Shown here in pieces: positions 23,773 through 33,714 of a stretch of DNA of 64,000 nucleotides (the first letter of the stretch is position 1; each line of letters opens with the position of its first letter). The notes below the pieces were generated by a model. That model saw only the letters and a list, made by a program, of their open reading frames with translations. It searched no databases and had not been told where the DNA came from. A program made the position numbers and the translations under genes. The stretch comes from Felis catus. Its lineage: Eukaryota. The stretch lies in assembly GCF_018350175.1 (NCBI RefSeq), contig NC_058369.1, positions 22,880,001 through 22,944,000 on the forward strand, written 5' to 3'.

Positions 23773-24741
23773 AATGGATTTACTTATTTATCTTCCTAAT
23801 CACCCTGATTAGAACTTTCAATACAACATTGGATAAAAATGGTGAGAGCAGACATGTTTGTCTTGTCCCTGATCTTAAGAGAAAGCATCCAGTGTTTCAC
23901 CATTAAGTGTGATGTTAGCTGTAGGTTTTATGTCGATGCAGTTTATCAGGTTGAGGAAGTTCTTTTTTTATTCCTAGTTTATTTAGTGTTTTTTAATCAC
24001 AAAAGGATGTTGGATTTTTTTCAATTTTTTTTCCTGCATCAGTTGAGATGATCATGTGACTTTTGTTTTTTGTAATGGTGCATTACATTGTTTTTCAGAT
24101 ATTAAACTGACCTTGCATTCCTGGGATAAATTTCCCTTGATCATGGTGTATGATTCTTTTTAAGAGTTGCTGGATTTGTTTTGCTAGTATTTTTTTTAAA
24201 TCCATAGTCATAAGAGATAATGGTCTGTAGTGTTCTTGTGATGTCTTTGACAGGTTATTATTGGTCTCAAAGGATGTGTGGGGAATAGTTCCCTCCTCTT
24301 CTATTATTTTAAAAGAGTTTTTGAAAAATTGGTATTCTTCTTTAAATGTTTCACCAATGAGACCATCTTGGCCATGGCTTTTCCTTCTGAAGTATACTTT
24401 TGATTAATAATTCAATCTCTTTACTTGCTACAGATCTGTTCAGATTGTTTCCTTTTGAGTAGTTTTAGGTGTATATGTCCTTTTAAGAGTTTGTCCGTTT
24501 CATCTAAGTTATCCATTTTATTGGTATATAATTATTCATAGTATTTTTTCTTATTCTTCTTATTTCTATAAGAATGGTAGTACTGTCCCCTCTTTCATTT
24601 ATATTTCTAATACTTTGACTTTCCCTCTCTCTTTTTCTTATTCAATCTAGCTAAAGATTTGTCAGCTTTATTGATCTCTTCAAAGAATATTCTTTTGGTT
24701 TTATTGATTTTGTCAATTGTTTTTCTGTTCACCATTTTATT

Positions 24742-24979
24742 TTATTTTTTAAATTTTTAAACGTTTATTCATTTTTGAGAGAGAGAGAGACAGAGCATGA
24801 GTTCAGGAGGAGCAGACAGAGAGAGAGAGAGAGAGAGAGAGGGAGACACAGAATTCAAACCAGGCTCAAGGATGTGAGCTTTCAGCACAGAGCTTGGTGC
24901 AGGGCTTGAATTCACTAACTGCGAGATCATGACCTAAGCCCAAGTCAGATGCTCAACCAACTGAGCCACCCAGGCGCCC
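24742..24979 (-). mobile_element. Can-SINE nested in L1
   Basis: Diverged TSD ttctgttcaccattttatt / ttctattctccattttatt. Confidence 0.92.
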
Positions 24980-26303
24980 TTCTATTCTCCATTTTATTAA
25001 TTCCCGTTCTTTTTTCCCTCCTACTGCTTGCTTTAGGTTTAGTTTGCTTTTCTTTTTGCATTGTGTTAGGGTAGGGATTTAGATTTACGATTGATCTTTC
25101 TTTCATAAGCATTTACAGCTATAAATTTCCCTCTGGTGCTTATTTAGCTGCATCCCATGAGTTTTGGTCCATTGTATATTTACTTTCCTTCATCTCAAAG
25201 TATTCTTGTTTAATTTCTTTTTTGATCCATTGGTTATTTAGGAATGTATTATTTAGTTTCCACCTATCTGTGAATTTCCTGAGTTTCTTCCTGTAACTGT
25301 TTGTAATTTCATTTCATTATGGTAATAAAATATATTCTTGATTATTTATACTTCTTTAAATTTATTATTTGTTTTATTGTCTAGCCTATGATATATTCTG
25401 GATAATGTTCCATGTGTACTTGAGAAGAATATGCGTGCAACTAGTGTTGGTTGGAGTGTTCTGTAGGTGTCTGTTGGGTTTAATTATTTTATAGTGGTGT
25501 TTAAATCTTTTATTTACCTTTTGATCTTTTGCCTACTTGTCCTATGCTTTATTCAAAGTAGATATTGAAGTTCCCAACTATTATTGTTGAGGTATCTATT
25601 TTTCCCTTCATTTCTATCAGTTTTTGCTTCATAAAATTTGGTGCTCTATTGTTCAGTGTGTATACGTGTACATTGTTATATCTTCCTAATGGATTTACTC
25701 TTTTATCATCATGAATTGTTCCTCTTTATCTCTAATAACATTTTTTACTCTAAAGTCTATTTTGTCTGATAATACTATAACCACTCCAGCTTTTTGTGGT
25801 TGCTGTTTGCGTGAAATAGCTTTTCTCATCATTTTACTTTTAATCTGTTTGCACCTTTAAAGTGTGCCTCCTGTGAACAGCAGGTCAGTGTTTGAGATTG
25901 TTCTCTCCCAGTTGTTTCTTCCTCAGATTCTCTCCAGCAAACTTACCAGCCTACAGTTTAGTTTCTATCTCCAATGTGTCTGTCAGTCTCCTACCAACTG
26001 TCTCCACTATAAGCTCTGCTGTTGGTGAGAATTCCTTAGGCTTGGACTTCCCCACACTTTGTTGTAAATGAAGTCAATTCCTTTGGGAGGAGATTTCAAA
26101 AATTTTTTGTGACCTGCTTTTCGTCACTTTTCAACCCTGAGTCATGGCTTTGGGGCTGGTGGTGGGACAATGGTGTGATTCTTTCTAAGTGACACCTATG
26201 CTTTAGGAGCTAAATGCTCACTGGAAAGGGAAGCAGTACCCTCAAGTGTTTTCAGCTGGCCTCTCTTGGCATAGAACCTTCACCTTAGAAGTCCAGTAAA
26301 GGA

Positions 26304-26530
26304 GGGGCGCCTGGGTGGCGCAGTCAGTTAAGTGTCCGACTTCAGCCAGGTCACGATCTCGCGGTCCGTGAGTTCGAGCCCTGCGTCAGGCTCTGGGCTG
26401 ATGGCTCGGAGCCTGGAGCCTGTTTCCGATTCTGTGTCTCCCTCTCTCTCTGTCCCTCCCCCGTTCATGCTCTGTCTCTCTGTCCCAAAATAAATAAACG
26501 TTGAAAAAAAAAATTAAAAAAAAAAAAAAA
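26304..26530 (+). mobile_element. Young Can-SINE (SINEC_Fc)
   Basis: CpG-rich with a long A tail; perfect 17-bp TSD agaagtccagtaaagga at 26287-26303 and 26531-26547. Confidence 0.97.
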
Positions 26531-27026
26531 AGAAGTCCAGTAAAGGAAAGTGAGAGCCCCAGTTTTTTCTGTGTGCTGAGCCCAAGGTAAGCCTTTATCC
26601 TATGGGTACAGGCAGTGTGGAAGAAGGGCCCCCTTACCTATCATCTGTGCATGCTCAGAACTTAGCCTTAGCAACAAGTACGCTGATACTGTGCCCCTTT
26701 AAGGATTAATGCCTTACAACTGCCAGTTTGGGAGAGAGAGAGAACCCTGTATCTTGGCTGTACCAGTCTGCAGTGGAATTTGTGTTTTGCTGAGCTGGGA
26801 AGAGAGAGAGAGAAAGTGTATCTTGGTTCAAACAGAGTAGACTTTAGGGTTTCTGACTTTTAGTGGATTTTCTTTAACAAATTGTTTCTTAATGCACTGT
26901 ATGCCATTAGTACAATTTCTAGAAACTTTAAATTATTATTAAAAATAATTTATACCAGTTTTACTGGGGAGCATGTCTGAGAAGCTCCACATGGTTTTGT
27001 GCCAAAAGTGGAACCTCTCAGGGTCC

Positions 27027-27229
27027 TTTTTTTTTTTTAATATTTGTTTATTTTTGAGAGAGTGAGAGAGCGTGAGTGGGGAAGGGTCAGGGAGAGAGGG
27101 GGACAGGGGATCTGAAGCAGGCTCTGCACTGACAGCAAAGAGCCTGATGCAGGGCTCAAACTCACCAATGGTGAGATGGTGACCTGAGCCGAAGTGAGAT
27201 GTTTAACTGACTGCGCCACCCAGGCACCC
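27027..27229 (-). mobile_element. Can-SINE
   Basis: Poly-T, GA tract and antisense head ending gccacccaggcaccc; flanked by tcagggt on both sides. Confidence 0.93.
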
Positions 27230-27689
27230 ATCAGGGTACTTCTTAAATAACCAGGTGCCTATTCTCCCTCTGGAAAATTAGAAAGTCTGAGATGTGGATA
27301 GGGCTTGGGAAACCCCAGGAAATTTGGGTGAATCCAGGGTTAGGGTTACTAGTATAGTATGAATGAATGGGAGCATGGGCTTTTGATCTGAGTTATAGCC
27401 CTGGCATTTAATGGTTTGTGATCTTAGGTACCATGTCATTTAAAGATCAGTTTCTTGATCTATAAAATAGGGGTGAGAATGGTTCCCACCCCAGAAGGTT
27501 GTTGTAGTAAATGAGTAACATGGTAAAACATGTAAATAAAAAAAAAATAAAAATACAATATAATAATGTATTATATAATAATAACCAAACTATTATTTCT
27601 TTGAATTAGTAAGCTTTGAGCTTAAAGAAAGGTTTGTATCCTTCTAGTTGATTATCTTACTTTATTTGTAACTCTGATTTTTGTTTTTT

Positions 27690-27711
27690 CTTTTTTTTCA
27701 AGTTTCTTTAT

Positions 27712-27785
<74 letters not shown>

Positions 27786-27955
27786 TGTGAGCAGAGGAGG
27801 GGCAGAGAGAGAGAGAGGGAGAGAGAGAATCCCAAGTGGGCTCTGCACTGTAAACACAGAGCCCGATGTGGGGCTCGATGCCACAAACCATGAGATCATG
27901 ACCTGAGCCAAAATCAAGGGTGGATGCTCAATGGACTGAGCCACCCAGGCACCCC
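27690..27955 (-). mobile_element. Can-SINE with expanded (TG)n(GA)n
   Basis: TSD tgatttttgtttttt at 27675-27689 and 27956-27970. Confidence 0.93.
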
Positions 27956-29958
27956 TGATTTTTGTTTTTTTCTTATCTGGTTTGGGATGTTTACTAATAA
28001 TTTTTTAAATTGCTTTACTTTGGATATTTTAGATTTCACAGGTGGTCATCAGGAATACAGGTCTGTGCATTTGGGTATGTGGGGTAGACTGGTGGGCAGG
28101 GCACAGCTCCTGTGCCTGTAAGAATTTCAGGGTTGGAAACAGAGTTAGCTGACTGCCAGGCCTCCTCAATGCTGGGTATAGACACTTGCCCTTGGCCTTG
28201 GGCAGGGTCCTGAATTCTTACCATGCTTTCAGGGAAGGCATGACAGTGCCCAGGACAAAGACTTGAGAATGATAGGACCTTAGGCTGAGGTTCCTTTAGG
28301 AAGGCTTCATTTCTGAGAGGGCCTCAGCATCACTCAGTTCCTTGGTCACTTGCTTCAGAAAGACCCTTCTGATTGCACAGATGAGACCAGGTGTCCCTCC
28401 TGCGCTACCCCCAGTGCTCTGGTCTTGCAGGCACCGTGCATTGTGTTATCACCTCGGGGCTACTCTGCCACCCTGTCGGCGGTGAGGTCTCCAGCCCAGC
28501 ACTTGGTGGGCGCTCTACAGCTGTGGGCTGAAGGATACAGATAGACTTGATGAGCCCCTAGAAGCAGGAAATGGCACATATTCCATGCATGTGATTAAGT
28601 TGGAAGGGAGTAAGAAAGGAGTATTTTTCTCTATTCTGAAAGGCTCTAGACACACCTGTGGATAGTGTAAAACAGAAGCAACCCCGGGGAAATTCTTCCT
28701 TCCCTTCTTTAGCACCTCGTAAGAATAGCCCAGACCAAGCCTGTGTGTCTTCAGAGTAAGATAGGAAATCTGGACTCAACTGATAATACCATTAACATTT
28801 TTGAAGTATGTACTCTGTACCAGGAATGGGGGTTTTGAACATAATTCCTTCAGTCTTCACAGCACGTCTCTGAAGATCAGCTGTGGTTTTATCTGCATTT
28901 TATAGATAAAGAATGGAGCTCAGAGATAGCCAGCAACTCTCCTGGGGTCGCACAGCTTATGAATATACTCAACCATATACAATATTGCCTGCCTATGAAA
29001 TCTTTTGTAGGACATGGACACCTGGCAAATTGTGTTGCGTTGTCCCAGCTGAATAAAAGAATAGATATGCCTTGTTGTGGCCCCTGCCCCAGACACACAC
29101 TCCACTATCACCCAGATTGGCCAAATGGGCCAAGCAGGCCAGAGAATACTTTCCTTCTGTGCTATAGTCCTAAGAAGATGGGTCCTCTTTGGTTTAAACA
29201 ACAGAGTTCAGGACACCAGAACCAAAGCCCATGAAGAGCCTGTAGAGACATAGTCTGGCAGCTGCCATGGCCTTCAAGATGTTCTTACTCTGCCTTGTGT
29301 TCTGGTCAAGGATAGATTATCAGAAGCTGTGGGAGTGGAGGACATGCTCTAACAGTTGGTCTGATTCATATTTTTGCATTCTGTACTTTTCAGAGGAGGA
29401 TTTTTACATATCTGCTGTTTATAGATTATCATCACTCCACACCGGTTGGGGATAAACTTGGGTTGGGAGTTCTCGTGCTTCAGGAACACAGGTATTCTTG
29501 GCCCAGTTGCCTTTTGGATGAAGTTGATAGGGGTGTATGATGGAAGCATATTCATAGCTCCCTTTGAGTGGCAAATTGAAAAACCCTGCTTAATGGAAAA
29601 AAAATGGCAGTGGTTCATCACATTTCCATCTCATTTGAGCTGCCTCTATACCCTCAGAAGATTTTCCCCCTGTACAAGCAGAACTTTTGATTACTACCTG
29701 CATTTATCAAGTTGGAATGAATACGCTCGTCTTTGAGCATGGCAGTGAGAGCCAGGCTCAGGAAATGTCACTGGGGGGAGGACCCCATTGCTTGCTGAGC
29801 TGCAGAGTTTGAGTGGCCAAGTTCAGTGTGTTTCTGTGGGAATGTCAGATGTCACTGTTCAAAGGCAGAAGGATTGGCTGGCCACTGAGAAACCTGAATT
29901 GCTTGGGTGGGACACTGACCAATAGGAGTCCATAGGAGATAATATTAGGAATTTGCAA

Positions 29959-30123
29959 GGGTGCCTGGGTGGCTCAGTGGTGAAGCATCTGACTTCTCAG
30001 GACTCAGGGTCTGGAGCCTGCTTCAGATTCTGTGTCTCCTTTCTCTATGCCCCTCCCCTGCTTGCACTCTGTCTCTGTCTCTGAAAAATGAATACACGTT
30101 AAAAACAAATTAAAAAAAAAAAA
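29959..30123 (+). mobile_element. Can-SINE with internal deletion
   Basis: Head gggtgcctgggtggctcagtgg jumps to ctggagcctgcttcagattc, so the B-box region is missing; A tail present. Confidence 0.85.
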
Positions 30124-30850
30124 GAAATTTGGAACATGGGAAAATGTAGGGAAGGGAATTGTGGTCAGCTTGTTTGCCCTATTGCCACTGTCCTTGTCAT
30201 GCTAATTTTCCTCTTGGAAATGTAAATGTAAAATCCTTCCACCAGTGATTGGAGTTCCTGGAACTAGCAGACCCAGAGCTATTGTCTGTTTTGGTTCATC
30301 CTTGGGCTGCCTGTCAGTGTCTTTTCTCTCTGATGCGCCCATCCTGCGTCTCTGACCCCATTTCCTACCTCAGTCGTCAAGTTCCTGCCAGCACACGGTG
30401 GCCTTCTGTCTATCACTTGTGTGTGCAATGCCTATTTTCTCCTCACGGTCTGTGCAGACTGCCCTCCCCGCTGCTGGGCATTTCTTCCCTTCTTTCTCCT
30501 GTGTGTCTAAAATCCTGTGCATGGACCCTCATTTCGAGCTCTGCTGTGTTTCTGAAATCCTCCTGCATCCTGTTGACCTTCTTCTCAGAGCTCTGGCACA
30601 ACGTGTTGGTGGAATCGTGCTATCTGGGGCTTACCGACTTTCTCATGTTGTCCCAGCTGTGCTGGTTCCTAGCTGGGTTGTATCATGGGCTGATACTGTG
30701 TTTTCTGTTGAGCCCAGTGTCATGACCACCCCAACCAGCCACATGTGTAAAACTGGACATAACACGCTGGGAACATTGTGGTTCTGAGGTATTTAGGGAG
30801 GAAAGGCCACAATGTGTGTGGCTTGTTCTTCAGTGGTTTGGAAAGGAAAG

Positions 30851-30853
<3 letters not shown>

Positions 30854-30897
<44 letters not shown>

Positions 30898-30910
30898 TGT
30901 CTGTCTGTCT
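30854..30910. repeat. (TG)n(TCTG)n microsatellite
   Basis: Direct reading. Confidence 0.95.
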
Positions 30911-31005
30911 ATGGGGAGAGTGTGCAAATGTTGAAGCAAATGGAATAAAGTGTTAAGGGTGGGAGCATCTAGAAGGGTTTACAGGTGTTCTTCATGCTAT
31001 TTTTT

Positions 31006-31187
31006 TTAAGTTTTTATTTATTTTTGAGAGAGTGCAAGCGGGGGATGGGCAGAGGGAGTTACAGAGGATCCAAAGCAGCCTCTGCACCAACAGCAATGAG
31101 CCTGATGTGGGGTTTGAACTCACAAACCCCGAGTTCATGACCTGAGCCGAAGTCAGACACTCTACCGACTGAGCCTCCCAGGCACCC
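31006..31187 (-). mobile_element. Can-SINE
   Basis: Antisense SINE body; atgctattttt on both flanks. Confidence 0.9.
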
Positions 31188-31357
31188 CTCTCTATGCTAT
31201 TTTTATTCTTGCAATTTTTCTGTAGGCTTGAGAATGTTTCCAAATAAATGTTTTCTTTCCATCTGCCATCCCCCAGCCCCAGTAAAAACAAGACAAGACA
31301 CTGTGGTCATCCTTAAGCCTTCTCTTCCTCTCACCTCACGTCCCACAGGAAGTCTCT

Positions 31358-31374
31358 CAGCGCCCCCTGCAGGA
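31358..31374 (-). promoter_or_regulatory. Candidate CTCF core motif
   Basis: Reverse strand reads tCCTGCAGGGGGCGCTG, close to the CCASYAGRKGGCRS consensus; motif only. Confidence 0.4.
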
Positions 31375-31419
31375 TATCTTCCTTTCCAACCAGAACTGCG
31401 AGTAACCACCTGGTCCAAG

Positions 31420-31985
31420 CAACAGCATCTCTAAGTGCCTCCCAGCTGGTCTTCTCCAGACAGCCTTCTTTCCACATCTCAGAATAGCCAAGGGTTTTCT
31501 GGTTGTTTTGTTTTGTTTTGATTTGTTTTGTTTTAATCAGCAATCATGTCACATCATTTTTCCACCCATCCCCTCCAGTAAATCTTGCCTATCTACTCTG
31601 CCCTTCTGCCTGCATGTAACTCCTCTCCTGCATGTCTCTGCTCAGACTGGTCTTGCTGTTCTGGACGTTTGAAGCTTGCTACCACACAGGGCTCCTCCCA
31701 CGAGATGCTTCCTTTGCCTGTAGTGCTTTCCCCTCCGATTTTGCAAGGCCTCTGTCTTCATTCACTTCATTTGTTTGAAGGTTACCCCCTCCGAGATGCC
31801 TTCTCTAACCATCTTCTTTTAAAACTGCTTGATCATCCTCGGTTCTTTTCTGGCTTTACTGTTCACGGTGGAGATAAGTTTGTCACTAATGAAATTACAT
31901 TATGCTTCATTGTTATCATACTAATAGAATGTAGGCTTCTTGGGAGAAGGGCTTTGATTTGTTTTCTGCTGTATTTTTATAGCCT
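31420..31985 (+). mobile_element. L2 LINE relic
   Basis: 'ctagaatgtaggctt..gggc..tttgttttctgctgtattt..agcctggaac' style L2 3' end. Confidence 0.55.
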
Positions 31986-31989
31986 GGAA

Positions 31990-32180
31990 CGGTGGTTCTC
32001 ATACTGTGGTCCCAGAACAGCAGCATCAAGACCATCTGGGGACTTGTTAGAAGTGCCAGTTCCTGGGTCCTTCCCAGATCTATTGAATCAGGTACTCTGG
32101 TGCAGAGGGGGAAGCAGCAGTCTGTGTTCTACAAGCCCCTCAATTGATTCTGATGCATTTTAAAATATGAGAATCACTAC
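31990..32180 (+). mobile_element. MER5A-like hAT MITE
   Basis: Ends 'cggtggttctca..' and '..tgagaatcacta'; internal 'gtggtcccagaacagcagcatc..gacttgttagaa' and 'gattctgatgca'. Confidence 0.75.
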
Positions 32181-32224
32181 TTTCAAATAATGCCTCACAT
32201 CCATTAAATTCTAAGAAATATTTA

Positions 32225-32414
32225 CTGTAATGTTTTTTAGTATTTATTTATTTTTGAGACAGAGTGTGAGCAGGGAAGAGGCATAGAGAGAAAGGGAGAC
32301 ACAGAATCTGAGCTGTTAGCACATAGCCCGAGGTGGGGCTTGAACCCACGAACCGCAAGGTGGTGACCTGAGCCGAAGTCAGACGCTCAGCCGACTGAGC
32401 CACATTGGTGCCTC
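32225..32414 (-). mobile_element. Can-SINE
   Basis: 19-bp TSD aaattctaagaaatattta at 32206-32224 and 32415-32433. Confidence 0.9.
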
Positions 32415-33422
32415 AAATTCTAAGAAATATTTAAATGAATAAACAAACATCTGGTGCCTGTCTGTGTTATAATGTCCACTTTCTGTTACCTTCTTGATTC
32501 AGAACCTTAAAATTCTAGTCTATAAAGACATAAGTTTTTCATTATAACAGTGTTTCAACCTTGGACTTTATAAGGACCCACGGCTAAAATATGACTTCTG
32601 TTTTTATTCTCTCTGTCCTTACTTCTTCCTTGGTTTTATGCTGATGCTAAGCTCTTATTCCTTGATTTACATTTTTGATAATGGCTGCTATTGGGGAAAC
32701 AATATCAAATTATGAATGATCATAGAGATATCACTTTATGCTGCCGAGTGTTTGTTGAAAGAATATGTGATGGCAAGCTGTGTCCTGAGCTGGTGAGCTG
32801 GCCCAAGTTGGGATTCATATCAGGCCTCGCTGCTCAGTTAAAAGTAGAAGTTTCGAGGTGGACAGGTCACCTGTCAGGATGCTGACTAATGTCTGGCATG
32901 ACCAGAACTTCTGCTGGTCAATTTGTCAGTGTCAGTTCTGAATTCATTCTTGTCTGGAGAACAGATGAAGTGGCCACCAGGTAGAATGGCCAAAATAAAA
33001 GGTACCAAAAGGTTATTTGTTAGAAAATTAGAAGTTTCAACCTGGAGAGAATCTTTTGGAGGTTTTTAGTGCTAAGAGCTATTTATATATGAGTATTTGT
33101 GGTTATACTTAAGTAATCCATCTAAAAATGTGGGCTTTCCATTTGAATTACCCTAGAGCAGAAATAAAATTATTAAAAACATCCAGTTTTCAGCCTCTAC
33201 CTCTAACCCTATGGTATAGAGCTAATAAAAAATTGCCAAGCTGATGTTGGCATGTTTCATGCGCTAATTGCCCTGTTCTACGTAGCGGGGCTGGGCAGGT
33301 GGTAATATAGATAGGCGTTTCCCAGTGTTACAGGTGATAATCTTGTGGGTAACTCAGATTGTGGGTTGCTGGTTTTTTTTTTATTCTCTCTTTCTGTGCT
33401 TTCTGGATTTTCTACAGTGAAC

Positions 33423-33620
33423 ATAAAAAAAATTAATTCCAGTTAGTTAACATACAGTGTTGTATTAGTTTCAGGTATACAATATAGTGATTCAACACTT
33501 CCATATAACACCCAGTGCTCATCACAGCAAGTGTACCCCTTAATCCCCATCACCTATTTCACCCATCTCCCCACCCACCTCCCCTCTAGTAGCCATCAGT
33601 TTGTTCTCTATAGTTAAGGG

Positions 33621-33676
<56 letters not shown>

Positions 33677-33714
33677 TATGCTTGTTTCTTAAATTCCACA
33701 TATGAGTGAAATCA
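33423..33714 (-). mobile_element. 5'-truncated carnivore L1 3' end
   Basis: 'ttaattccagttagttaacatacagtgttgtattagtttcagg..cccagtgctcatcac..ttccacatatgagtgaaatcata'; TSD tacagtgaac at 33413-33422 and 33715-33724. Confidence 0.88.

Larger units (their letters stand above)
21540..27020 (-). mobile_element. Long old L1 (L1MB-like), antisense, decayed, with three nested SINEs
   Basis: 3' end 'acagctttatcgagat..' then T-rich antisense ORF2 sequence (e.g. 'ccaacttcattcttttgc', 'ccttgcattcctgggataaa') to ~25870; 25880-27020 looks like a 5'UTR-type segment. Confidence 0.85.

Noticed and set aside
26304..26400. tRNA gene
   Set aside because: The A/B boxes belong to the tRNA-derived Can-SINE head; there is no independent cloverleaf
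31585..32163. 192-aa ORF
   Set aside because: Runs through L2 and MER5A relics; chance ORF
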